From: an uncultured Actinomycetes bacterium
GTDB lineage: Bacteria; Actinomycetota; JAICYB01
Direction of reading: 5' to 3'
Assembly (NCBI GenBank): GCA_964520325.1
Contig: CAZFOB010000002.1
Coordinates: 58,723-122,722, forward strand
Length of the DNA stretch: 64,000 nucleotides
The notes under the pieces are model-generated. The model was not told the origin of the DNA. It did not search any database and worked only from the letters and a program-made list of their open reading frames with translations. A program made the translations under genes and the position numbers. Below are positions 38,175-47,794 of the stretch, one piece after another; position 1 is the stretch's first letter, and each line of letters opens with the position of its first letter.

Positions 38175-39221
38175 TCACGCCTTGGCTTCGAGGACGATGT
38201 TGAACGGCGTCTCGGCCACGCGCTTCAGCGTCGTGAAGCCGGCGCTGGTGACGATCTCGCGGAGGCGAGCCTCGCCGGCCTGGGCGCCCAGTGCCGCTCC
38301 GACCTCTTGGGACAACGAACTGGGCGTGCACAGGAGCGTCGAATAGCCGTAGTAGGCGGCGCCGACCGGGTTGAGGTTGTCGGCCAGGTCGTCGTTGGCG
38401 AACGGCTCGATGAGCATGAGCGTCCCGCCGGGGGCGAGGTGGTCCAGAACATGTGCGCACGCACCGGCCGGGTCACCCATGTCGTGCAGGCAATCGAAAA
38501 AGCACACGAGGTCATAGGTCCCGGAGAACGTCGTGGCCGCGGCCACATCAAAGCGCACTCGGTCGGCGAGTCCGGCGTCGGCGGCGCGCTTGCGAGCGGC
38601 GTCGACGGAACCCTCGTGCGCGTCAAAGCCGACGACAGTGGACTCGGGGTAGGCCTCAGCGAACAGCAGGGTCGACGCGCCATGGCCACAACCGACGTCG
38701 GCGATCCGGGCCCCGGCGGTGAGCTTGGCCTCGACGCCGTCGAGCGCGGGTATCCATGCGCTGGCCAGGTGATTGAGGTAGCCAGGCCGGAAGAACCGCT
38801 CGCAACCGCCGAGGACGTGTTGGTCGTGAGCCCCCCACGCGAACCCGTCACCGGTCCGGAACCGCTCGGCGATCGTGTCGGTGGCGTAGACGGCTCCAAC
38901 TGCGGTCTCGAACGCGCCGATGACGCACGCCGGGCTGGTCTCGTCGGTGAGTGGTACCGCATGTTCGTCGGGCAACGAGAAACGGCCGTCGCCGTCGTAG
39001 GACACATACCCTCGCGCCGCCTGCGCGCTCAACCACTCACGCACGTAGCGCTCGGCGGTGCCGGTTCGGTCCGCCAGCTCCGCCGGGGTGAGCGATCCGG
39101 CACCGGCCATGGACCGGTAGAGACCGAGCTTGTCGCCGATCACGACCATCGCACCGCCGAGCACTGCGCCGACATCACCGACGGCCCTGCCCACGAACTC
39201 CATCATCTTGGTCTCGTCCAT
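38175..39221 (-). CDS. Class I SAM methyltransferase with N-terminal wHTH (Rv2258c-like)
   Basis: GDKLGLY, ERYVREWL, ADVGCGHG, FDCLHDMGDP and LGAQAGE motifs. Confidence 0.92.
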   Translation of the reverse strand: MDETKMMEFVGRAVGDVGAVLGGAMVVIGDKLGLYRSMAGAGSLTPAELADRTGTAERYVREWLSAQAARGYVSYDGDGRFSLPDEHAVPLTDETSPACVIGAFETAVGAVYATDTIAERFRTGDGFAWGAHDQHVLGGCERFFRPGYLNHLASAWIPALDGVEAKLTAGARIADVGCGHGASTLLFAEAYPESTVVGFDAHEGSVDAARKRAADAGLADRVRFDVAAATTFSGTYDLVCFFDCLHDMGDPAGACAHVLDHLAPGGTLMLIEPFANDDLADNLNPVGAAYYGYSTLLCTPSSLSQEVGAALGAQAGEARLREIVTSAGFTTLKRVAETPFNIVLEAKA

Positions 39222-39236
39222 AGCCAATTCCTTTCC

Positions 39237-39509
39237 TTAAGCGCCCTGGGGCGACGGGGTACGCGGGATGCGGTGTCGGGTGGCCGACAGAACGCCGAAG
39301 TTGGACACAAACAGTGGCGTCAGGTACGTCAGCGCCACCTTGAGCCAGACGATCGCGTCGGCTCGTCCCGCGACGATGGGGCTGAGCTGATTCATCGCGA
39401 AGAACGTCGAGCCGACTATTAACGCGATCGACACCGTTCGCTTCAGGTGTTGCGGCGAAGCAACGACTGAGACCGCTTCACGCCACGTGGACCACGTCGG
39501 TTCGCTCAT
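39237..39509 (-). CDS. NrtS-like small membrane protein
   Basis: ALIVGSTFFAMNQ...KVALTYLTPLFVSNFG. Confidence 0.7.
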   Translation of the reverse strand: MSEPTWSTWREAVSVVASPQHLKRTVSIALIVGSTFFAMNQLSPIVAGRADAIVWLKVALTYLTPLFVSNFGVLSATRHRIPRTPSPQGA

Positions 39510-39564
39510 GCGACGAACGTACCGCTCCCCAGCCGGCGCTACCTCCGTATAGGTACGGGACTTT

Positions 39565-40620
39565 TCACGAAATTCCGAGCTCGGCGGCGCGCCGAATCAA
39601 TTCGGTCTTGGCACTGACGCCGAGCTTGGCGTAGATGCTCACCAAATGCGACTCCACGGTGCGCTTGCTCATGACCAGCTGATCGGCGATCGCCTGCGCG
39701 GTCGCACCGCGTGAAGCCAGCACCGCCACCTCGCGTTCGCGCTGGCTCAACGCGTCGGCGCCGACACTCGTCCGCCTTCGCGGCCGGCTCTTCTGGCCGG
39801 TCAGGAAGACCTCGATCTCATCAGCGATCGCGTCGACATCGCCGAGCCATGCGCGGTGCTCCGATCCGGGCAGCTCCACGTAGGTCGCGTTCGGAATGTG
39901 CTGCGCCATGTAGCGCGAGTGGCCGACGTCGATCCACGTGTCGCCGGCCCGATGCAGGATCAGCGTGGGTGAGGTGATCCGCGGCAAGACGTCGCGTATG
40001 TCCAGCCGCATGTTCATGCGGATCACGTTCTGGGCCATAGCGGGACTGGCGGCCATGCGCAGATAGCGAGCCCACCATTCGCGGTGCCGCTCGTCGTCGA
40101 ACGCATTCGACTGCCCACCGTCCCACCACTCGCCCGAGGCCCAGGCCCGCTCCATCCCGTCGACAACCTCTTCGAGCTGTTCCTCCGTGGGACCGTAGGG
40201 GTAGTCCGGCCCGACGAGCTGGCGGGACCACGAGCCGTAGAGCACCACGGCTTGCGTCCGCTCCGGATGCGCCTCGCCGAACAGCAGGCTTAGTGTGCCG
40301 CCCTCTGAGATGCCGAGGATCGCCGCCCGTGTCGAGCCGGCCGCGTCCATCACCGCGCCGATGTCGTCCATTCGTTCATCGATCGATGGCGGGCTCGGGA
40401 CGGGATCCGACATGCCGGTGCCGCGCTTGTCAAACACGATCAGGCGCGAGAACGACGCCAGCCTGGTGAGGAACCGTGCCAACCGCGGCTCCTCCCATGC
40501 CACCTCGACGTGAGAGACGAAACCGGGGACGAGCACGAGATCCATGTCGCCCTCGCCGATCACCTGATAGGCGACGTTGACCGGACCACTCCTGGCGTAC
40601 CTCGTGTCTGGCCGCAGCAT
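39565..40620 (-). CDS. Alpha/beta hydrolase-LuxR HTH fusion regulator
   Basis: FDKRGTGMSD and GISEGG; C-terminal LSQREREVA..KRTVESHLVSIYAKLG. Confidence 0.9.
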   Translation of the reverse strand: MLRPDTRYARSGPVNVAYQVIGEGDMDLVLVPGFVSHVEVAWEEPRLARFLTRLASFSRLIVFDKRGTGMSDPVPSPPSIDERMDDIGAVMDAAGSTRAAILGISEGGTLSLLFGEAHPERTQAVVLYGSWSRQLVGPDYPYGPTEEQLEEVVDGMERAWASGEWWDGGQSNAFDDERHREWWARYLRMAASPAMAQNVIRMNMRLDIRDVLPRITSPTLILHRAGDTWIDVGHSRYMAQHIPNATYVELPGSEHRAWLGDVDAIADEIEVFLTGQKSRPRRRTSVGADALSQREREVAVLASRGATAQAIADQLVMSKRTVESHLVSIYAKLGVSAKTELIRRAAELGIS

Positions 40621-40623
40621 GCT

Positions 40624-40790
40624 CTACACGCCGTCCACGGCGACCATCCGCCATATGCCCGCGCCTTCACGAATTGCGCACGCGGGGCGGTAGTCCTCCG
40701 AGGCGTACCAGTCGCGGGCTGCTTGCGCCGACTCGAACTCGATCACGTGACGCTGTGGCTCCCAATCGCCCTCTAGAATGCTGATGGGTC
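40624..40790 (-). pseudogene. DUF1330-family C-terminal fragment
   Basis: ILEGDWEPQRHVIEFESAQAARDWYASEDY; N-terminus replaced by att-flank DNA. Confidence 0.7.
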
Positions 40791-40851
40791 CCCCATGGAA
40801 GCGGTTGGACCTCGGCAGTCGTGACGAAGCCCTTCGAGCTGTACCTCTGAG

Positions 40852-40921
40852 CAGCACGAACCAAACTACACAGCACGAGCCACCACGCCGCCAGCACGAG
40901 TTCAAGTCCCCCTCCGGCACC
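40852..40921 (+). repeat. att copy 8: T-loop to 3' end of tRNA-Leu-like sequence with CAGCACGA arm-like repeats
   Basis: CAGCACGA at 40852, 40871 and 40892, then TTCAAGTCCCCCTCCGGCACC. Confidence 0.75.
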
Positions 40922-40963
40922 CAGTTGAACCCCCTCAGTGTCAGCGACGCTCGTGAACACCGA

Positions 40964-41026
40964 TCAGACGCTGATGACTTCGACCAAGTCCTGGATCGCC
41001 CGGAAGTCGTCGGCGTTCCGTGTGTA
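40964..41026 (-). pseudogene. 3' end of vapC duplicated from 32265-32327
   Basis: Near-identical DNA encoding YTRNADDFRAIQDLVEVISV*. Confidence 0.85.
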
Positions 41027-41740
41027 TTGCGCGGCAGAGTCGTCTACGGTTGCACGATGCGCGAAACACCCCAACCCTGTAGCGGCTCTTCGTTGTGAGG
41101 TGTTTCGAGGTCCCTATCATCATCCTCGCGCCGGTGGCGATCCCACCAGTCCGACCAGGACAAACTCGTCGACTCAGCCTCAGCATCAATCCACGGCGCG
41201 GTGCGGCCACTCCAGCTATGAAGCCCATACGACGGAGATAGCTCTCTTCCGTAGGACGCATGAGGCGACGCCCCTCAGGGCAAAGAAGCTGTTGCCTCCT
41301 CACCCGCGGCGGTCGCTGGCCGACTTTCGTATCGATCCTGTGGGAACGCAGGCAATGTCCTCCAGATCCGGGGAACATCGCATGATCGACCTTCCCATGG
41401 CCTTTCGACGTAGTTCGGCAAACGCTCGTCGTCGCTTGGAGGGGCCGGGTCCTCGACAATATCGATGAGCCTCAGTCGCAAACCCGCGTCTATCAAGGCA
41501 TAGAGAAGTCTGTGCATGATTCAACTCGAGCCTGGTGGCCCGTTCGCTCCCTGCGGACACGACACCACGGCAGTTGGCGAACTCGCAAATCGCCGGGCAA
41601 CTCGATTGACGAGGCAGAGCGCGCATCGGAAGTGCGCTCACGCAAGCATGTTTCCCGAACAGGTCAGCGGGCCAATGATCCGAGATCGAATCGTCGAGCT
41701 CCGCCGCGTTCCGGCCGGAGCTCTCCGACCTACCAGCGCT

Positions 41741-41752
41741 CCCCTCCGACAC
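41741..41752 (+). repeat. att core copy 9, probable right island boundary
   Basis: CCCCTCCGACAC, exact; intact genes resume at 41766. Confidence 0.8.
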
Positions 41753-41765
41753 TAGAATCCGGCCG

Positions 41766-42557
41766 ATGAGCGGCACCGACGTCCCGCAGTCCGATCGGGT
41801 CACTGTGGATCTTGACCCGGCGCGCGTCCTCGCGGCCTACGTCCAGCACCGGCGCCGGTTCGCGGCATCTGTCGCCGACCTCGACCACGCGGTGCTGGCC
41901 TCGCCGTCCCGGTGCTCGAAATGGAGTGTCGCGGATGTCCTCCGTCATGGAGCCGACGTCGATGACTGGATGCACGCCCTGTGGGTCGGGGAGTCTCCCT
42001 TCTCCGCCTTCGACCCGAACACGACGCCACATGAGTTCGTGATCGCCGGACGAGCGATGTCCGACATCGATGCGCGCGATCGGTTCGTCGCGTCGAGCGA
42101 AGGGATGGCGGCGGACATCGAATCAAGCGGTCGCGACCGGTGGTCGGTTCCTTCCGTGTCGCCGATGGGCAACGTTGCGTGGTGGATGAGTGCGTTACAC
42201 GTTTTCTTTGACTCATGGTTGCACGAGCGCGACGTCTTCATCCCGATGGGGATCGAGCCGGTCGTGGAGCCCGATGAAGTCGTGGCCGTCTTGACGTACT
42301 CTCTCGCTCTCGTCGGTGGGCTCATGCGAGAGCCGATCGACGTCGTGGTCGGTGGGGTCCGGCTCGTCGTCGGCAACGGCCCGGTTTCAGCCTCACCGGT
42401 TTCGCCGGGTGACACGATCGCGAGTGCTCCTATCGTGGACGCGTTGTCGGGTCGCGGTGCGATGGAGGCGGCCCTCCCGGACCTCCCACCCGAAACGCTC
42501 GGCGCGCTGGGGCCGCTGAGCCGGATCCTGACACCCGCGACTCGCAAAGTCATGTGA
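41766..42557 (+). CDS. Mycothiol-dependent maleylpyruvate isomerase (DinB-like) family protein
   Basis: SRCSKWSVADVLRH and DSWLHERD motifs. Confidence 0.8.
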   Translation: MSGTDVPQSDRVTVDLDPARVLAAYVQHRRRFAASVADLDHAVLASPSRCSKWSVADVLRHGADVDDWMHALWVGESPFSAFDPNTTPHEFVIAGRAMSDIDARDRFVASSEGMAADIESSGRDRWSVPSVSPMGNVAWWMSALHVFFDSWLHERDVFIPMGIEPVVEPDEVVAVLTYSLALVGGLMREPIDVVVGGVRLVVGNGPVSASPVSPGDTIASAPIVDALSGRGAMEAALPDLPPETLGALGPLSRILTPATRKVM

Positions 42558-42667
42558 CGAGGTTGTCCGGCCTGCCAAAAGACCTCATGACCGAACCGCT
42601 CCACCCAGCTTTTGTTCCCTACGTCATGTCGAAACGTTCGTAAGCGTCGGCGTAGGCGCAGGCGCTC

Positions 42668-43591
42668 TCAGATCGCTGCGAGGGTTGATCGGTGGATCCA
42701 CGTCGAGAGTTCTGGATCCGCGAGTGATCTGACGCGTTCCGCGTAGCGCCGCATCCCGTCGGCGTCGAGCAGGGTTTGCCATTGCCCATTGGTCCCGCTG
42801 TAGAAGAACTTCTCTGGATCACGCCAGATCGAAGCGGCCGGCCCAGGCGCGCGTTCTTCGGCTCGAGCTTTCATCGAGGCGAAGGTCGCAGCCTCGACCA
42901 GGGAGGGCCAGCGGTCCTCGGGCACATCGATCTCGACCCGCTTCGCGAGTGTTCGCATCTGGCCTTCGAGATCGGCTTTGAGGTCGCCGTAATGCAGGAG
43001 CACGATGTTCGGCTTCTCGCGCGCCTGCCAGAACGTATCGAGGTGATGCACAAGGTCGACGAGTCCGCCCATGCCGGCGTCGCTGTCGACCCATCCCCAG
43101 AAGCGCTCAGCTTCAGATCCGGGGCGGACCGGGATTCCGTCCGGCATCAGCTCGGCGAGATCGTCGAGGCCGACGGCCGCGCTGCGCTGCTCCATGAACA
43201 CGTTCATGTCCATGTTCGCGAAGTGGTGATCCCACGAGATGGCGACATCGCGAGGATCGCGTGCCACCGTGATGTACGTGACGCGATCGTCGAACGGAAG
43301 ACCATCGAGCGGGGTGTGGGACTTGATGAACCGCCGGTGCTGCTGTCCTTCGAGCTGGGCTCGAACGTCGTCGATCTTGTCGAGCAGCATGTCGGGCCAC
43401 GGCGATAGGACCGTGAGCGGAAGAGGAAGGTCGGGCGACTTGAAGACCAGCAAGGCACAGATCATCTGCGTCCACGTCGTTCCGCATTTGGACGGTGTCG
43501 AGATGACGATGTCGCCGTCGCGGAACGCGAAGCCGTCCCAGCGAGCGTTGTCCATGACGAGGTTGCGATAACGAACGAGCGGTGCGTCCAA
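42668..43591 (-). CDS. Sulfotransferase
   Basis: ISTPSKCGTTW (PAPS loop), RFIKSHTP and RDPRDVAIS. Confidence 0.92.
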   Translation of the reverse strand: MDAPLVRYRNLVMDNARWDGFAFRDGDIVISTPSKCGTTWTQMICALLVFKSPDLPLPLTVLSPWPDMLLDKIDDVRAQLEGQQHRRFIKSHTPLDGLPFDDRVTYITVARDPRDVAISWDHHFANMDMNVFMEQRSAAVGLDDLAELMPDGIPVRPGSEAERFWGWVDSDAGMGGLVDLVHHLDTFWQAREKPNIVLLHYGDLKADLEGQMRTLAKRVEIDVPEDRWPSLVEAATFASMKARAEERAPGPAASIWRDPEKFFYSGTNGQWQTLLDADGMRRYAERVRSLADPELSTWIHRSTLAAI

Positions 43592-43750
43592 GATTGCCTT
43601 CCTGGTGGTGATGGTGCCCGGTGACCTCACGTCGGGCCGTGATGGCCCCGCCGAAGAGATGCTAGACGGAACGACGTTCATCGCATAGACAGAGACACGC
43701 AATCATTGGTCGACTGCTCGAGATTCATCGGCCCGGAGAAGGAGGCGCAC

Positions 43751-44191
43751 ATGAAGCTCGTACGCGTTCTGGTCGCACTTGTACTTGCGCTTGCGTCGCC
43801 GCTCTACTTCGGCTCCCATGTTTCGGCCGCAACGTCGCTGAGCGCGACCTTGAGCGGCGACAACGAGGTCCCCGCGTCGTCGGGGGACTCGAACGGCACA
43901 GGAAGCGCGAACGTCACGCTGAAGACGAGGAAGAAGCAGGTCTGCTGGCTGATCACCCACGACAAGATCGACGCTCCGACCGCCGGGCACATCCACCAGG
44001 GCGTGGCCGGAACGGAGGGATCGATCCTGGTTTCGCTCTTCAGCAGCACCGGCCTGGTCTCGGGAGCGAAGAGTTGCGTCCGCGCGCCGCGTCGTGTGAT
44101 CCAGCAGATCGCGGCGAACCCGAGCGCCTTCTACGTCAACCTGCACAACGGCGCGTTCCCGGACGGCGCGATCAGAGGACAGCTCGGCTGA
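43751..44191 (+). CDS. Secreted CHRD-domain protein
   Basis: LSGDNEVP, AGHIH and FYVNLHNGAFPDGAIRGQL. Confidence 0.92.
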   Translation: MKLVRVLVALVLALASPLYFGSHVSAATSLSATLSGDNEVPASSGDSNGTGSANVTLKTRKKQVCWLITHDKIDAPTAGHIHQGVAGTEGSILVSLFSSTGLVSGAKSCVRAPRRVIQQIAANPSAFYVNLHNGAFPDGAIRGQLG

Positions 44192-44236
44192 GCTATGCAG
44201 CGTTGGGCCAAACCTGAGGACGAAGGAGTGAACGCA

Positions 44237-44758
44237 TCAGGGAGTAGCTGCGACAACTGTTGTGCGAGATATCCAGTCGTAGAGTGTGCGGCCTCGACGC
44301 ACAAAGAGCGACACCACGTAAACAGCGGGCAGAACATATGCGGCCGCCGTTGCCACCGATAGCCACCCAGGAATGTAGCCAGCCTCGCTTGACCGGAATA
44401 TCCCGAACGCGACCACGTGCCCGAGTGTCCACGGAACGGCAATCTTGACCGCGTTGCGGAGCAGCGCGCGTCGGAACGGCACCCGCGAGCCGGTGTCCGC
44501 GTCAACGACATGAAGGCGAAGTGCGCGCTTTCCGATGGTGGCTTCTCGGGCACCCGATTCGAGCCAGGCTAAAGCGCCCGTCAGCGGTACGACGATGATG
44601 GTGGCCGCAATGATGTTGAGGGCGCCTGCGCTCAAACCATCAGTGATTCCAGCTAAGAACAACGGCACGCCCACGGCTGCGGTGACTGCCACCCATGCCA
44701 AGGCACACAGCCAGTCGATGAGCCAAGCGACCAGACGATTCCACGGGTGCCGATTCAT
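44237..44758 (-). CDS. RDD-family membrane protein
   Basis: RLVAWLID, TIGKRALRLHVV and LYDWISRTTVV. Confidence 0.85.
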   Translation of the reverse strand: MNRHPWNRLVAWLIDWLCALAWVAVTAAVGVPLFLAGITDGLSAGALNIIAATIIVVPLTGALAWLESGAREATIGKRALRLHVVDADTGSRVPFRRALLRNAVKIAVPWTLGHVVAFGIFRSSEAGYIPGWLSVATAAAYVLPAVYVVSLFVRRGRTLYDWISRTTVVAATP

Positions 44759-44779
44759 GGATCCCGTCGCTCAGCGCTT

Positions 44780-45268
44780 TCAGGCATCTGGCATCGGTAC
44801 CGACTGACGGCGATCGATGGCGGGATGTGTGGCACCGAAGGTATCGCGGGCAGCCGGATCGTCGAACCACACCAGCGCCCACGCCTCGCGCTCTCCCGCC
44901 CGGACCAAAGCCTCGTACCGGTGGTTGCCGTCTTGGAGCAGAAGCTCGCCGTCGCGATCCTCGACGAGTACGGGCGGCGGTTCCCAGCCCTGCTCGAGAC
45001 TCTCCTCCATCGCGTCGACGTCCTGCTCCCACTCCTCTGGTTCGATCGGGCAGGTGGCGTCATCCTCCGGTCCGGCAAGGCGGATGAGATCATCGACCGG
45101 CAGCCGCACCGGACCGAGCCACCAGTGCCGACGGGTGGCGAGCCCGGCCGCGAGCGTCGCATTGTCGCTTCCTCGGCTGGCGAGGAACTCCCCGACCCAG
45201 AGCGCAAGCCGATCCTGCTCGGCAGCTTCGAACGCAGACGCGAGGCTGAAGCGGCGATCTCGACCCAT
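44780..45268 (-). CDS. ParB/Srx N-terminal-like domain protein
   Basis: PPVLV...LQDGNHRYEAL. Confidence 0.7.
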   Translation of the reverse strand: MGRDRRFSLASAFEAAEQDRLALWVGEFLASRGSDNATLAAGLATRRHWWLGPVRLPVDDLIRLAGPEDDATCPIEPEEWEQDVDAMEESLEQGWEPPPVLVEDRDGELLLQDGNHRYEALVRAGEREAWALVWFDDPAARDTFGATHPAIDRRQSVPMPDA

Positions 45269-45306
45269 GGGTTGGTGGGTACCCGACGGCGCGTCACCGA
45301 ACCCAC

Positions 45307-46026
45307 CTACTCGCTGTCGGACTCCCGGATGCGCGCCGCGAGGTCGGCGAGGGAAGCGACACCTTCGTAATCGGCCCCTTCATGCAACCCGAGCGGATCC
45401 ATGATGAACGGCCGCAGACCGGCACGTCGCGCGCCGACGACATCGATGGCCGGCATGTCACCGATGTACCACGCGTCGTCTGCCACGACCGCCATCGCTT
45501 CGAGCGCGAGACGGAAGATACGGACATCAGGCTTCATCACCCCGACGGCGCCCGAATCGATGACGCAGTCGACCGGGACACCCATGCCGGGTCCGACCTG
45601 CAGGATCTCGAGTTCGGCCAAGCGGGCCGCCATCACACCGTCGGCGTTCGACACGATCCCAAGGCGCACCCCGGCATTCGCGATGGCCCGCAGACCGTCA
45701 CGGCTGCCCGGGATAACGTGCATCCACAGAGCGGCATCAGCGAACTCGCTGTCGAGGTGACGGTGGACCTCCTCGCGGTCCTCGAGCGGGACGCCGCACG
45801 CCTCGATGTAACGATCGAGATAGCCGCGCCAGCACCCAGACCAATCCGCTTCGACGTCGAGGTCCGTGGTGAACCGCGATGCAGCCACGTAGTGAACGGA
45901 GTCGAGCAGGTCGGCGGCCGGCGAGCACGGGCACTCGGCGCGTGAGAACGCGCCAAGGATGCGGTCGTGATCCGGCAGGAGGAATATCCCTCCGACGTCG
46001 AGCAGCACTGCCTTCGGACGCGGCAT
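45307..46026 (-). CDS. HAD-family hydrolase
   Basis: LLDVGG, IVSN, KPD and YIGD..IDVVGA motifs. Confidence 0.88.
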   Translation of the reverse strand: MPRPKAVLLDVGGIFLLPDHDRILGAFSRAECPCSPAADLLDSVHYVAASRFTTDLDVEADWSGCWRGYLDRYIEACGVPLEDREEVHRHLDSEFADAALWMHVIPGSRDGLRAIANAGVRLGIVSNADGVMAARLAELEILQVGPGMGVPVDCVIDSGAVGVMKPDVRIFRLALEAMAVVADDAWYIGDMPAIDVVGARRAGLRPFIMDPLGLHEGADYEGVASLADLAARIRESDSE

Positions 46027-46050
46027 CCCCCGCACGCTACTGTTTTCGTT

Positions 46051-46809
46051 GTGAGGCTCGAGGGCAAGAACGTCATCATCACGGGCGCCGGATCAGGGAT
46101 CGGTCGGGCTGCGTGCGAGCGGTTCGCTGCGGAAGGCGCCTACATCGTTGCCGTCGACCTCGATGCGGGGGCGGTGTCCTCGGTGGCGACGTTGGTCGGC
46201 GGTCACGCAGTGGCGGGAAGTGTTGCCGATCCCGTCCCGTGGGACGAGGCCGTTGCCGCCGTGGCGGCCCGTCCAGGCGGGCTTGATGTGGTCTTCCTCA
46301 ACGCCGGCGTCTACGGCTTCCACGGGCCGATCGAAGAGCTGCCCCTCGACGTCTTCCAGCGCACGATCAACGCCAACATCGGCGGTGTCGTGCTCGGCAC
46401 TCGCGCAACCGTGCCCGCGCTGCGTGCCAACGGCGGCGGGGCCATCGTCGTGACCGCGTCCGTGGCCGGCGTGGTCGCGTTTCCGGGGAACCCGATCTAC
46501 ACGCTGACGAAACAGGCGGTCACCGGTTTCGTCCGAGCCGTCGCTCCAACGCTCACGGCCGACGGCATCAGCATCGATGCGGTGTGTCCCGGGGTGGTCG
46601 ACACTCCGATGACGGTCGAGGCGCTCGGCGGTGCCAGCGCATCTGAGCTGGGCATCAGGCTGATCGATCCGGTGGCTATCGCCGACGTCGCTCTGCTCTT
46701 GGCGACCACGGAAGGGACCGGTCGGTGTCGAGTTGTACGCGAGCACGCCGACACGATCGACTGGGCGTTCCCAACGTGGGAGGACCTCGGTCGGGCATCG
46801 AGCGGCTGA
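46051..46809 (+). CDS. SDR-family oxidoreductase
   Basis: TGAGSGIG, LNAG and YTLTK motifs. Confidence 0.9.
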   Translation: MRLEGKNVIITGAGSGIGRAACERFAAEGAYIVAVDLDAGAVSSVATLVGGHAVAGSVADPVPWDEAVAAVAARPGGLDVVFLNAGVYGFHGPIEELPLDVFQRTINANIGGVVLGTRATVPALRANGGGAIVVTASVAGVVAFPGNPIYTLTKQAVTGFVRAVAPTLTADGISIDAVCPGVVDTPMTVEALGGASASELGIRLIDPVAIADVALLLATTEGTGRCRVVREHADTIDWAFPTWEDLGRASSG

Positions 46810-46938
46810 GCTGAACGCGCCGCTCCCCGAGCGCTGGCGCTCCCATCAGGAGCGGCGTACGATTGACGGGTACGGGAACCAAAGCGAGAGGCGCGCTTTG
46901 GTTCAACTGAAGACTCAACATGGGTTCCGGGAGACGGG

Positions 46939-47655
46939 ATGGCAGTGAGGGCGCCCAATAAGTCGACTCGAAAGAAGGTTCTGACCCGCGTCGTTCTCGT
47001 GGACGAGGTGCCCATCTTCTCGGAGGCGCTCGGTGTGGTCATCTCGTTGGAGGACGACCTCGAGTACATCGGGTCCGCAACGACGGCAGAAGATGCAGTG
47101 GAGCTCGTCCTGCGACATTCGCCGGATGTTGCGGTGGTCGACGTGGACCTGCCCACTCCGGGCAACGGAGACTTCGACGGGATCGGCGTCACGATGCAGA
47201 TCAAGGCGGCTCGGCCCGAGACGCGCGTGCTCATCTTGACCTCGCAGATGGAACTGAACACGATGGCAAGAGCGGCGTCGGAAGGCGCATGCGGATTCCT
47301 GTCGAAAGCAAGCAACCTGCAGGACATCTGCCGGGCGATCAGAACGGCCAAGGATGGCGGGATGTTCGTTGAGCGAGAGCTCGTGGCTCCCCTCGTTGAG
47401 CGCGTGCGTGGCTCGGTGCGAAAGCCGATCAGGGGAGGGTCGGCGCGTGCAGCCCTCACCCCCCGCGAGCAGGAAGTGCTGACGCTGCTCGGAGAGGGGC
47501 TTGACGTCGCAGTGATCAGCCGACGACTAGGGATCAGCCTGAGCACATCTCGCGGACACGTGAAGAGCCTCCTTGTCAAGCTCGGCAGCCACAGCCAGCT
47601 CGAGGCCGTCGTCGAGGCCGTCCATCAGGGACTGCTTCCTCACCTCACGCACTGA
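46939..47655 (+). CDS. NarL/LuxR-family response regulator
   Basis: Receiver domain (VVDVDLP) plus LTPREQEVL HTH. Confidence 0.9.
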   Translation: MAVRAPNKSTRKKVLTRVVLVDEVPIFSEALGVVISLEDDLEYIGSATTAEDAVELVLRHSPDVAVVDVDLPTPGNGDFDGIGVTMQIKAARPETRVLILTSQMELNTMARAASEGACGFLSKASNLQDICRAIRTAKDGGMFVERELVAPLVERVRGSVRKPIRGGSARAALTPREQEVLTLLGEGLDVAVISRRLGISLSTSRGHVKSLLVKLGSHSQLEAVVEAVHQGLLPHLTH

Positions 47656-47794
47656 GCATCCAAGCTCGAACGCCCTCCCAACACCCTCAATTCTGGGGGT
47701 ACGGTCGCACCGCGCCGAGGTCTGTGCGCGCCGTTCGTGTGCATGTAATCTGCGGATAAGCGAGGTTCCACAGGTAGGAGTCAAGGGGTCAGGT

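Larger units (their letters stand above)
17051..41752. mobile_element. tRNA-Leu-anchored composite genomic island (tandem att-bounded modules)
   Basis: Nine same-orientation tRNA 3'-end cores, LSR gene plus remnants, TA modules and many gene fragments. Confidence 0.85.

Noticed and set aside
41030-41670. Short ORFs between cores 8 and 9
   Set aside because: They look like degraded fragments, and no family could be assigned.
17051-41752. Repeated cores as a CRISPR array or integron attC sites
   Set aside because: Spacing is 0.8-11 kb and irregular, no cas genes are present, and the repeats are short direct tRNA-derived cores without attC inverted-box structure.
45988-45997. CCCTCCGACG core-like match
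   Set aside because: It encodes the DVGG motif inside an intact HAD gene; coincidental.
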